Shown piece after piece: positions 1 to 8,628 of a DNA stretch of 64,000 nucleotides. Under the pieces are notes generated by a model. That model saw only the letters and a list, made by a program, of their open reading frames with translations. It was not told where the DNA came from and ran no database searches. Both the position numbers and the translations under genes were made by a program. Numbering within the stretch: the stretch's first letter is position 1; each line of letters opens with the position of its first letter. Source of the DNA: Vicinamibacteria bacterium (GTDB taxonomy: Bacteria > Acidobacteriota > Vicinamibacteria > Fen-336 > CBDFGD01); the NCBI GenBank assembly GCA_965246965.1, contig CBDFGD010000001.1, forward strand, positions 218,631 through 282,630. Reading direction: 5' to 3'.

Positions 1-214
1 TATCCGAATCGACACTCCTTTCTGTCTTGGTTAACCACTCGCGTGAGGGGATGGATAGCGCATCGAGAGACCGGTCCTATCGCCTGGGGCGCCAGAGCCC
101 TAAGCTGAATCTTTCAGGATCCGAGGCTGACCAGGAGTCGCGCCCGCCTCGCGCTAAGAACCCGGAGGCATCCTGTCACAACGCCTGAATCGAGGTTTCG
201 AGTATCGCGGCCGC

Positions 215-1084
215 GTGCCCCGCCAGGACGGCGAGTCGACGCTGCTCGACTACCTGAGCCGTCGCTATGATCACTCGACCCGGGCTGATTGGGAGCAGCG
301 CGTCGAGCGGGCACAAGTGACGCTCGATGGCGAGCGGGCCGCGCCGGATCAAGTGCTGCGCGGAGGAGAATCGCTGGCCTGGCATCGGCCTCCCTGGAGG
401 GAGCCGGATGCTCCGCGATCGTACGGCGTCCTGTACCGCGACGGGGACGTGCTCGGCGTCGCCAAGCCACGCGGGCTGCCCACGCTTCCCGGCGCCGGCT
501 TCCTGGAGAACACGCTGCTCTCGCTCGTGCGCTCTCGGCACCCGGAGGCGTCTCCCGCCCATCGGATTGGCCGGGGGACCACCGGCGTGGTCGTGTTCGC
601 CTTGAACCGGGAGAGTCGATCCCCCCTCCAGACGGCCTGGGCCGGGCGAGCGGTTCTCAAACGCTACCTCGCCGTGATCCAGGGTCGGCCCTCACTCGAT
701 GCGTTCGCCGTCGATCAACCGATCGGTCGCGTCCCTCATCCGCGACTGGGCAGCGTGCACGCTGCCACGCCTGAGGGACGGCCGAGTCGCACGCGCGTCC
801 GGGTCGTCGAACGGAGGGAACACGAGACCCTGGTCCAGGCCGAGCTCGATACGGGCAGGCCCCATCAGATTCGTATCCACCTCGCCGCCGCGGGTCACCC
901 GATCGTCGGCGACGCGCTCTACGCGCCGGGCGGCGGAGTGCTCCCGCAAGACCCCGCGCTGCCGGGCGAGCCCGGCTACTGGCTACACGCCAGCTGCGTC
1001 GAGTTTCCCCATCCCCGCACCGGCGACCAAGTGCGGATCGACTGTGTCCCGCCGCCGCGGCTGCGAAGCGGCGCTGGACGATGA
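215..1084 (+). CDS. RluA-family 23S rRNA/tRNA pseudouridine synthase
   Basis: 289-aa ORF with motifs HRIGRGTTGVVVFA and GRPHQIRIHLAAAGHPIVGD (RluA catalytic Asp loop and HQIR motif). Confidence 0.8.
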   Translation: MPRQDGESTLLDYLSRRYDHSTRADWEQRVERAQVTLDGERAAPDQVLRGGESLAWHRPPWREPDAPRSYGVLYRDGDVLGVAKPRGLPTLPGAGFLENTLLSLVRSRHPEASPAHRIGRGTTGVVVFALNRESRSPLQTAWAGRAVLKRYLAVIQGRPSLDAFAVDQPIGRVPHPRLGSVHAATPEGRPSRTRVRVVERREHETLVQAELDTGRPHQIRIHLAAAGHPIVGDALYAPGGGVLPQDPALPGEPGYWLHASCVEFPHPRTGDQVRIDCVPPPRLRSGAGR

Positions 1085-1184
1085 GCGCTGACCCCCGGGC
1101 CACCTCGCCGGCCGTCGGCCGTTGACCCCGGCCGACGCGCTGCGTATTCTCCGAAACGGCCTGGCAGAACAAGGAGGGATCGAA

Positions 1185-1883
1185 ATGAATCGCGAACCCA
1201 CGCTGCTCCCCTCTACCCGGTGGCTTCGTTCGGTGCTGCTTTTCGGCTTCGCGGCTACCGCCTGCGGCGCACCGGCTCCCGTGGCCCAGGCTCCCGCTGC
1301 CGCGCCGGCGGCCAGGCCCGCCGCGAGCGCCAGGGCGCCAACCGACAAGATCCGCTGGAAGGACGCTTCGGAGAAACAGCTGCTCGAGCTGAAGCCGCGC
1401 GAGGGCGGCTTCACGATCGGCGACGCCGCCGACGCCAAGATCGGCAGCGTCACCGTCTCGGTGGATCGGGTGAAGCTCGAGGACCCCGAGGGCGTCGAGG
1501 TCGCCAAGGTCAAGATGAAGGACGATGGCGGCGTCGAGCTGGAGGATGCCAGCGGCAACCGGCTCTACCGCATCAAGTTGGACGACGACGGCTCCTACCG
1601 CGTCAAGGACGCTAGCGACGCGACGGTCTACAAGGCCAAGGTGAAGGACGACGGATACGAGGTGCGGGATGCGTCCGGCGCGACGCTGGCCAAGGTGAAG
1701 CGCCGCGAGGGCAAGGTGAACTTCAAGACCGAGGAGGGGCAGAGCCTCGGGGAGCTGAAGGGGACCGAAAACGCGCGCGCCGCGATGTGGCTGGCCCTGG
1801 ACGGCCTGCCGGTGACGCAGCGGGCCGCGCTCGTCGTCTTCTTTCTCGTGGTCTATCAGTGCGATGAGCTGCCAGGAGCGTAG
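1185..1883 (+). CDS. secreted/lipoprotein with internal KDDGxYxVxDASG repeats
   Basis: AGGAGG-like RBS 7-14 nt upstream of ATG at 1185; hydrophobic signal with Cys (AATACGAP); degenerate ~20-aa repeats (KMKDDGGVELEDASG / KLDDDGSYRVKDASD / KVKDDGYEVRDASG). Confidence 0.5.
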   Translation: MNREPTLLPSTRWLRSVLLFGFAATACGAPAPVAQAPAAAPAARPAASARAPTDKIRWKDASEKQLLELKPREGGFTIGDAADAKIGSVTVSVDRVKLEDPEGVEVAKVKMKDDGGVELEDASGNRLYRIKLDDDGSYRVKDASDATVYKAKVKDDGYEVRDASGATLAKVKRREGKVNFKTEEGQSLGELKGTENARAAMWLALDGLPVTQRAALVVFFLVVYQCDELPGA

Positions 1884-2175
1884 CGGCTTCCTCTTTGCAC
1901 ACGGCTGCGACCGCGTGGCCGGGGCGAAGTGCTCGAAGTGCCAGAAGGACGTGTGCTCGCTCCACATCGGCAAGGGTCTCTGCACGACCTGTCAGAGGCA
2001 GGCCGCGGGGCGCACCCGCGGGAGGCCGGCGGGCGAGAACGACGACCCGTACTTCTACGCCGACACGTACTACCACGACTACCACTACTACGACGGCAAG
2101 GACCAGGCCGTCTTCGACGCGTCCGCCGTCGAGGCCGGGGCCGCGGATTTCGAGGGAGACTTCGAAGGGAGCTGA
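1864..2175 (+). CDS. small zinc-ribbon (CxxC x2) protein with Tyr/His/Asp-rich acidic tail
   Basis: 103-aa ORF: CSKCQKDVCSLHIGKGLCTTCQ followed by DDPYFYADTYYHDYHYYDG; overlaps upstream gene end by 20 nt. Confidence 0.35.
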   Translation: MSCQERSGFLFAHGCDRVAGAKCSKCQKDVCSLHIGKGLCTTCQRQAAGRTRGRPAGENDDPYFYADTYYHDYHYYDGKDQAVFDASAVEAGAADFEGDFEGS

Positions 2176-2817
2176 GACGAGGGTCGTCTACTACGCCCTC
2201 GGTGGCGGCCACGGCCACGCCATCCGCGCTCTCGCCGTAGCGCGTCGCCTGCGCGCTATCGATCCGTCGCTGACACCACAGGTCGTGATCCCGGAACGCC
2301 TGGCCGCATGGGCCGCTGCCGAGAAGATCGCATCGCTCTGCGTGCCCCCCGGCCTCGATTCGCTGGCCCTGGCCCGTTTCATCGCCGAGCGGCTGCGTGC
2401 CGCGTCGCCGGAACTGATGCTTGTCGACGTCTTTCCGCGAGGCGTGCTCGGTGAGCTGCCCGACGCTCTCGGTGACTGGAGCGCGAGGCTGTGGCTCATC
2501 GCTCGCCGTGTCGACCCACGTTTCTACACGAAGCCGGCGGCGGCTATGCTGCCTACCACGAGACGCGTGCGCTCGGTCTGTCGGGAGTCTTCGTGGCGCG
2601 CTCCAGGCGCTACGACGACCAGAAGTGGCGAGTGCGGGACCAGGCGCCTCCCACCACGCCGACGGAGCTCGAACGCGCGGTCGCCAGGGCCCTGGCGGAC
2701 GGTTCGGTTTTGGCTCCAGTGTCCGCCGCCGGCGCTCAGCAGATCGCCGGCTCCGTTGTCGACGCGCTCGGTCCGAACGCCGCGGTCAGGCGGCGCCTGA
2801 GCTCGGTTTCCGCCTGA
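2176..2817 (+). pseudogene. MurG/GT28-N-like glycosyltransferase, apparent frameshift (or split Alg14/Alg13-like)
   Basis: frame 2 encodes VVYYALGGGHGHAIRALAVARRL (G-rich GT-B N-domain loop, MurG-like); coding continues in frame 1 from ~2530 (YAAYHETRALGLSGVFVARSRRYDDQKW..); no ATG at N-terminus. Confidence 0.35.
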
Positions 2818-3907
2818 ACTCCGCCGCCGGGCCGAGCTCTTTGTGCAGGCGCGCGTTCTCTTCGAGGAACAGATCGCACCGGTGGCACGTCGGCAGGTGC
2901 TGCCCGCTCATGAAGCGCCGGCGGATTCGACGGTAGGGCTTGCCGTGGAAGATGGCCTTCATCGATTGCGAGCGCGCGTTGCCGAGCGGCTCCATCCGCC
3001 CGTTCGTCATGCAGCAGAGGAAGACGTCGCCGTTCCAGGCGAAGAAGGCGTGAAGCCAGGGAGCGAGGCACGGGTGACGCTCGTAGAAGCCGCGCGCGTA
3101 GAGTCCCTCCCGACTGAGCTTGACGTCGCCCGGTGTCACCCCGAACGGGTAGACCTTGCCCGGCGCCGTCGAGAAGCCGTGCTCACGCCGCAGGTCGAGG
3201 ACGAGAGGCGCGATCTCACGGTTGTACGCCTCGATCTGGCCGCGCGAAAGGCGCTTCTTGCGGGGTCCCTTCTCGTCGACGGGCATGGGATTGAGCTCGA
3301 CGGCACCGAGCTCCGCCGCCAACCGAACCATCTCCGGTAGCGTGCGGAAGTTGTCGTTCATGACGACGAAGTTGATGCGCACTTTGAGAGGGCGCTTCTC
3401 CCCTTCGGAGTAGCGGCGCAGCCAGCCGATCGTCTTCACCGATCGCTTGAATGCGCCCGCCATCCCGCGAATCCGATCGTGGACGTTGGGATTCGGGCCA
3501 TCCAGCGAGATCGATACGCTGTTGATGCCCGCGCGTGCCATGCGTCGCGCCCGCTCGCGATCGATCAGCGTGGCGTTCGTCGTCATGTTGGCGCGCATGC
3601 CGACGGCGATCGTGTGGTCGACCGGCGCGAGGAAATCGCGACGGAGGAACACCTTGCCGCCGGAGAAGTGGACCTTGCGGCAGCCCATCGCCGCCAGCTC
3701 ATCGAGGACCTGTTTCCAGCGCGGCGTCGTCAACGTGTCTTCGGTCTTCGTCTCCCAGTAGTGGCACATCTGGCAGCGCAGGTTGCAGCGGGACGTGATC
3801 TTGATCTTCGCCTCGCGAAGCACCGGCGGCGGGCCCGGTTCGAGGAGGCTCGTACGCATGGCCGGAGTGAAGCCAGGCTCGGCGATCAGCTCTTCGAGCG
3901 CGTACAT
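2786..3907 (-). CDS. radical SAM enzyme with C-terminal SPASM/twitch-type Cys cluster
   Basis: CNLRCQMCHYW (CX3CX2C) near N-terminus; C-terminal PCLAPW..NGDVFLCCMTNG..LGN..LPTCHRCDLF; ATG overlaps stop of upstream gene (TGATG). Confidence 0.8.
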   Translation of the reverse strand: MYALEELIAEPGFTPAMRTSLLEPGPPPVLREAKIKITSRCNLRCQMCHYWETKTEDTLTTPRWKQVLDELAAMGCRKVHFSGGKVFLRRDFLAPVDHTIAVGMRANMTTNATLIDRERARRMARAGINSVSISLDGPNPNVHDRIRGMAGAFKRSVKTIGWLRRYSEGEKRPLKVRINFVVMNDNFRTLPEMVRLAAELGAVELNPMPVDEKGPRKKRLSRGQIEAYNREIAPLVLDLRREHGFSTAPGKVYPFGVTPGDVKLSREGLYARGFYERHPCLAPWLHAFFAWNGDVFLCCMTNGRMEPLGNARSQSMKAIFHGKPYRRIRRRFMSGQHLPTCHRCDLFLEENARLHKELGPAAEFRRKPSSGAA

Positions 3908-4629
3908 CAGGCTGCCTTGCCGCGCACGCGGCCGACTCCGTCGTAGATCCAGAGCAGCGCCTTGAGGATGTGATCTCCGCTGACCCTGTGCTCTGGGCCG
4001 GTTTCCCGGACGGCGTCCCGGACGGCGTCCCCGCGCCCCTTGAACCACGTGTACTCCGGCGTCATCAATGAGCAGGTCAGTCGCCGGCCCCGGTGACGAG
4101 CACTCCGCAGCACCAGTGAGGCGGGGCGCGCGGATTGCTCGAGGTGAGCCGCGACCTGCGCCGGATCCGCGCTCTTGAGCCGCAGCGCGATGTCCAGCCG
4201 ACTGCGGATCCGTTCTTTCACCTTCGTGTACTTGCGTTTGGTCTTCTTTTTGACAGCCGCCAGATCGGTGACACGCAGGTCGTAGCGATTTCCGTCCATC
4301 AGCACGCCGCGCAGGCCCAACCAGGAATGCTCGTAGGCGAGCTGTTGCTGCCAGGGAGCGGGCTTCTCGTCCTTGAGCTTCTCGCCTCCTTTCTTGTACG
4401 ACCTGAAATCGATGTCGACAGTGACCTCGCTCTCCTGGGGCGTGTCCGCATTGAGCATCCGCAGCAGCTTGACCACGGTCTCGAGCTTGCGGTCGTCGAG
4501 ATCGAAGTCGGACGCCTGGCTCATCTTCACGAAGAAGAAAATCGCCACGGCCAGAAGCGCCGCAGGGATGAGCCAGAGCAGGCCGGAAGCGAGGTTGGCC
4601 GCCGCCAGGATGCCGGCCACCATACCCAC
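3907..4629 (-). CDS. single-pass membrane protein, paralog A (unknown family)
   Basis: N-terminal TM helix (GILAAANLASGLLWLIPAALLAVAIFFFV), Lys/Arg-rich patch KKKTKRKYTKVKERIRSR, conserved C-terminus RLTCSLMT...LLWIYDGVG; paralogous to 4799..5665. Confidence 0.6.
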   Translation of the reverse strand: MGMVAGILAAANLASGLLWLIPAALLAVAIFFFVKMSQASDFDLDDRKLETVVKLLRMLNADTPQESEVTVDIDFRSYKKGGEKLKDEKPAPWQQQLAYEHSWLGLRGVLMDGNRYDLRVTDLAAVKKKTKRKYTKVKERIRSRLDIALRLKSADPAQVAAHLEQSARPASLVLRSARHRGRRLTCSLMTPEYTWFKGRGDAVRDAVRETGPEHRVSGDHILKALLWIYDGVGRVRGKAA

Positions 4630-4798
4630 GAGCGACGTGCAGCCGAGGCCGGTAAAGCGCTTGACGCGAGCTTCGGCGTCCTTATCGCTGACCTGGGCGG
4701 CCTCGAACCGCCGCAGCAGCGGCAGAACTTTCGACGTAATCTCGTAGTTGTCGACCTTCCTGGCTGTGCGTGGATCCTATTCTGAATCCGGCCGCCGT

Positions 4799-5665
4799 TC
4801 ACGCGGCCCGGCTTCCGCCAACAGCGTCGAACACCCAGAGCAGACCCTCGAGGAGCATCTTGCCCGTGACCTTGTTCTCCGTGCCCCCGATGTCCTCGTG
4901 ACCATAGCGACCCCGGGTGACGAGATGATGGCGAGTGGTCAGGCTGCAGGTGAGCCGGTTGCCCCCTGCGGAGACGCTGCGCAGCGCCAGGCCGCGACGC
5001 TGCGGCTGAGTCTTGATGCGCTCGGCGATCCGGCCGACGCCCACCTTGCGGGAGGGCTTGAAGCGCAGCGCGATCGAGACGGTGCCCCGCGTTCGCGTTC
5101 TCCTCTTCGTGTACTTTCGCTTGCGCTTGTCTTTGACGATCGCTGTGTCCGTGAGTCCCAGCTGGAAGCGGGTGCCGTCGGCGAGGACACCGCGAAGCGT
5201 CAGCCACGGGTGAACGTAGGTGATGCTGCGTGTCGACCAGAAAATCCAGAAGCGGTCCTTCTCGGTCCGATGCTTGCGACCTGCTTTGACAGGATCGCGG
5301 AAGTCGAGCTCGAGATTGACTCGCGCGGCCGAAGGGATGTCGGCTCGGAGGATGCCCAGGACCCGGAGAGGAGCTTCGATCTTTCGGTCCTCGAGGTCGA
5401 CCCCCTGTGCGTGTGCTTGGATGATCCTGGCCACGAGCCCCGCAAGGGCCAAGGGCGGCACGAGCCACAAGACGTAGTAGAAGCCGGAAAGGCCCCAAAA
5501 GACAGCCGCAATCGTGACCGGAATGCAGCCGATCAGGAGTCGCTTGGCCCACTTGCCAGCAGTGACGGCTCGCTGCTCCGCGGCGCTGTCCCGCTCCTGA
5601 GCAGTCGTCAGGCGCGCCAGCAGCGGCTCGATCTGTTCCGTTGCTCGATGAACGCCGACTCGCAT
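4799..5665 (-). CDS. single-pass membrane protein, paralog B (unknown family)
   Basis: start at internal ATG 5665 (the 432-aa ORF N-terminal extension overlaps the GT4 gene in another frame); TM helix, KDKRKRKYTKRRTRTRG patch, RLTCSLTT...LLWVFDAVG C-terminus aligned with paralog A. Confidence 0.6.
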   Translation of the reverse strand: MRVGVHRATEQIEPLLARLTTAQERDSAAEQRAVTAGKWAKRLLIGCIPVTIAAVFWGLSGFYYVLWLVPPLALAGLVARIIQAHAQGVDLEDRKIEAPLRVLGILRADIPSAARVNLELDFRDPVKAGRKHRTEKDRFWIFWSTRSITYVHPWLTLRGVLADGTRFQLGLTDTAIVKDKRKRKYTKRRTRTRGTVSIALRFKPSRKVGVGRIAERIKTQPQRRGLALRSVSAGGNRLTCSLTTRHHLVTRGRYGHEDIGGTENKVTGKMLLEGLLWVFDAVGGSRAA

Positions 5666-5681
5666 AGGGAGTGCGCCGATC

Positions 5682-6815
5682 CTACTCCTCGAGACCCGCG
5701 ACCGCAGCCGCGAGCTTGGCGCGAAAGGCGTCCGGGCCCCAGCTCGCGAGCGCCGCTTCGCGTGCGCGACGCCCCAGCTCTTCGCGCTCCGCGGGGTGGT
5801 CCAGCATCCATGTGATCCCGTCCGCCAGGGCGAGCGGGCTGCCGGGGCGCGCGAGCCACGCGGTGAGCTCGTGCTCGAGGATCTCCTCGACAGGCGAGAT
5901 CGCCGTTGCGAGGATCGGGCGCGCGGCGGCCATGTACTCGAGCAGCTTGATCGGGCAACAGCCCTGCACGGCGTTGCGCGCGTCCGCGGCAAGCGGAGCC
6001 ACGCACACGTGGGCCGTGTGCAGGATCGGAGCGAGGTCGGCCTGGCCCGTCGCGGGCAAGAGCTGTACTTGATGATGGACCCGGCAGCGGCGTGCAAAGA
6101 GCCGCAGGCGGCGTCGCCAGTGACTCTTGGCGGGGCCGATCACGTGAAGCTCGACCGGGGCGCTGCGGAAACGCGTCAGCGCCTCGATCAGCGTGTCGAG
6201 ACCCTGCCACGGCGCCAGGGTGCCCTGATACACGAGGCGGACCGGTGGATCAGTGACCATAGGCGTGGCCGCCGGTACGAAGAGGTCGCCGTCCACGCCG
6301 TTCGGAACGAAGCGCATCCCGGGCCGGTCGCCGACGATGAGCCGGGCCGCGTCGAGGATCTCCCGCGAGACGCCGAGCAGCGCATCAGCCCCGCTCAGGG
6401 TCGCCTGCAGCAGACTGAGCCGGCTGCCGTGGAACATTCCCAGCTCGACGTCGTTGCCGCGCAGGCTCACGAGCGACGGGCGCCCGAGTCGACGGGCGAG
6501 GGTCACGGCCGCGTAGCCGGCGCGCCCCGCGTAGAAGCCGTGGACCAGATCGGGATCATTCCGCGCCGCGATCGTGGCGCCGACCTGGAACAGCAAGCGA
6601 AGGCTTTCGTCGTCGCGCCGCGACTGACCGATGCGGTGCACGCGAACGCTGCCTTCAGAACCTGCGACGACCTCTCCGGGCGCGAGGTCGCGAGTCAGCT
6701 GGAGGACGTCGATGCCTTCGAGACGAGGGCCGAGCCCCGCCACCTGTCGACCCGCAGCGGCGGCAACGCCTCCCTTCTGCGGTGGGAAGCGTTCGACGAT
6801 CCAGAGCACTCGCAT
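5682..6815 (-). CDS. GT4-family (group 1) glycosyltransferase
   Basis: 377 aa; EX7E-type C-terminal domain (CVAPLAADARNAVQGCCPIKLLEYMAAARPILAT), typical GT-B fold length. Confidence 0.8.
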   Translation of the reverse strand: MRVLWIVERFPPQKGGVAAAAGRQVAGLGPRLEGIDVLQLTRDLAPGEVVAGSEGSVRVHRIGQSRRDDESLRLLFQVGATIAARNDPDLVHGFYAGRAGYAAVTLARRLGRPSLVSLRGNDVELGMFHGSRLSLLQATLSGADALLGVSREILDAARLIVGDRPGMRFVPNGVDGDLFVPAATPMVTDPPVRLVYQGTLAPWQGLDTLIEALTRFRSAPVELHVIGPAKSHWRRRLRLFARRCRVHHQVQLLPATGQADLAPILHTAHVCVAPLAADARNAVQGCCPIKLLEYMAAARPILATAISPVEEILEHELTAWLARPGSPLALADGITWMLDHPAEREELGRRAREAALASWGPDAFRAKLAAAVAGLEE

Positions 6816-7129
6816 CGCGCCCTAAGCTATCGCGAACGCCACGGCGGCGCTTGCTGCACTGGGTCTATGCTGCGTCGCAGCCGCCCAGGTTCAATTCCAT
6901 GGACGCGCTCTCTTCCAATTCCATGGATCGCCCCATACTGTACCCGTGCAGGGCCTCCCCTGGGGTTCGGTCCGCGAGCGCAAGTACAAGAGGAGAAAGG
7001 CGTTCAATGGCGGCGTGCGCTCCGGTGATGGCAGATGGCCGCGGCGTGGCACTCGGGCCTGGCGGACCAGTGCTTGCGTTCTTTGACACTGCAACGGCCA
7101 CAACTAGTGGCAAGAGGCGGAACGTGGCG

Positions 7130-8587
7130 ATGAAGGGCGGCCCAGCGGTTGTTGCAGTCCATTTGTTGATGACGAGTCCGGTCGTGGCTCAGGACGGCGG
7201 CAGATGGGCTCAGTTCAGAGGACCCAACGCTTCCGGTGTCCATGCGTCCGCCGAGCTTCCGGATCGCCTGGCCCCTTCCGAGGCGCTGTGGAAAGCCCGC
7301 GTCCCGCCCGGGCATTCGTCCGTAGTGCTCTCCAAGGACCGCCTTTTCCTCACTGGCTTCGACGAGCGATCCGGGGGACTCGACGTGCTATGCCTCAACC
7401 GCACCGACGGACAACTCCTCTGGCGTCGATCAGTGCCAGTGGAACAGATCGAGGCCCACCATGAAGTGGCCAGCCCGGCGGCCGCGACACCCGTCGTCGA
7501 CGGCGAGGCGGTCTTCGCATACTTCGGGTCCTTCGGCCTCGTACGCTACGACCTCGACGGAAACGAGATCTGGCGGAAACCGCTCTCCGTGCCAGAGACG
7601 CCTTACGGGACGGCCACATCTCCCGTCGTGGGCGCAGGTCTCCTCTTCTTGAACGGCCAAGGCAAAGAGCCGTACTTGCTCGCCGTGAATCCCGAAACGG
7701 GGGCGACCGTCTGGCGCAAGCAGACGCCCCGCTCCGGCTCAGCCCACTCGACGCCCATCATCGCCCCCGGCGCGGATGGTGCCGCCGAGGTCATCGTCTT
7801 TGGCGACGCCGCGATCGCTGCCTATGACGTCCGTAGCGGAGATGAGATCTGGTGGATGACGATCGCCACGCTGGATGCCATTGCGACGCCCGTGATTGGC
7901 GACGGATTGCTGTACCTTGTTTCGCAGAGTTCAGCGGCATTGAACGAGGGGTATCAAGGCACGTTCGACAACTTGCTGGAGCGGTTCGACAAAGATGGGG
8001 ACACCAGCCTCAGCGCGGCCGAGGTTCCCGAAAGCTTCATCTTTCTCGAGCGCAGCGCGGAGAGCTCCGGAGACATATCGCTCAGGGTGCTCTTCCAGTA
8101 CTACGACACGAACGGGAACGATGTCCTCGATCGGGCCGAATGGCGTGCTGCACGGCAGTTCCGCGCGCGCTTCGACAACGCTCTCGTCGCTCTGAAGCCC
8201 GGCGGGCGGGGGGAGCTGTCGCCGAAGCGGCTGATCTGGCACTACAAGCGCTCCCTGCCCGAAGTGCCGTCGCCGCTGCTGTACCGCGGGAAGATCTATC
8301 TCGTCAAAGACGGGGGTCTTCTGACCTGCTTGGATGCCGGGGACGGACGTCTCGTCCATCGTGAGCGGCTCCCGGCGCGAGGTCAGTACTACGCCTCCCC
8401 CGTGGCCGGGGACGAGAAGATCATCATCGCCTCCAATAGTGGGATAGTCGCTGTTCTAAGGGATGGTGACGAGTTCGACGTGATGTCCGAGCAACAGTTC
8501 GACGAGCCGGTCTTCGCGACCCCGGCTCTCGGCGGGAACGCGGTCTACATCAGAACCGAAGCCCACGTATACGCCTTCCACAGGTGA
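7130..8587 (+). CDS. PQQ-repeat (BamB-like) beta-propeller protein with central EF-hand pair, secreted
   Basis: ATG at 7130 preceded by GAGGCGG; signal peptide MKGGPAVVAVHLLMTSPVVAQ; repeated W-motif blades; two canonical 12-residue EF-hand loops DKDGDTSLSAAE and DTNGNDVLDRAE. Confidence 0.7.
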   Translation: MKGGPAVVAVHLLMTSPVVAQDGGRWAQFRGPNASGVHASAELPDRLAPSEALWKARVPPGHSSVVLSKDRLFLTGFDERSGGLDVLCLNRTDGQLLWRRSVPVEQIEAHHEVASPAAATPVVDGEAVFAYFGSFGLVRYDLDGNEIWRKPLSVPETPYGTATSPVVGAGLLFLNGQGKEPYLLAVNPETGATVWRKQTPRSGSAHSTPIIAPGADGAAEVIVFGDAAIAAYDVRSGDEIWWMTIATLDAIATPVIGDGLLYLVSQSSAALNEGYQGTFDNLLERFDKDGDTSLSAAEVPESFIFLERSAESSGDISLRVLFQYYDTNGNDVLDRAEWRAARQFRARFDNALVALKPGGRGELSPKRLIWHYKRSLPEVPSPLLYRGKIYLVKDGGLLTCLDAGDGRLVHRERLPARGQYYASPVAGDEKIIIASNSGIVAVLRDGDEFDVMSEQQFDEPVFATPALGGNAVYIRTEAHVYAFHR

Positions 8588-8628
8588 GGCTCGAGGCGCG
8601 AGACCCGCATGAGGGCGCTGCTCTGGCG

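Noticed and set aside
1-214. Possible structured RNA in the first 200 nt upstream of the rluA-like gene
   Set aside because: No recognisable conserved RNA motif (RNase P, tmRNA, SRP, riboswitch cores) could be identified by eye. It is probably just a 5' intergenic or partial upstream region.
657-1985. Long Arg/Pro/Gly-rich ORFs antisense to real genes (e.g. 657..1985 -, 5796..7028 +, 22659..24713 -, 30973..32667 +, 36090..37079 +, 61993..63399 -)
   Set aside because: Typical stop-codon-poor antisense frames of high-GC DNA. Their composition is low-complexity R/G/P/A, and each overlaps a well-supported gene on the other strand.
4799-6097. 432-aa version of membrane paralog B
   Set aside because: The N-terminal 144 codons overlap the GT4 gene in another frame and are Arg/Ser-rich. 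The internal ATG at 5665 gives a protein co-linear with paralog A.
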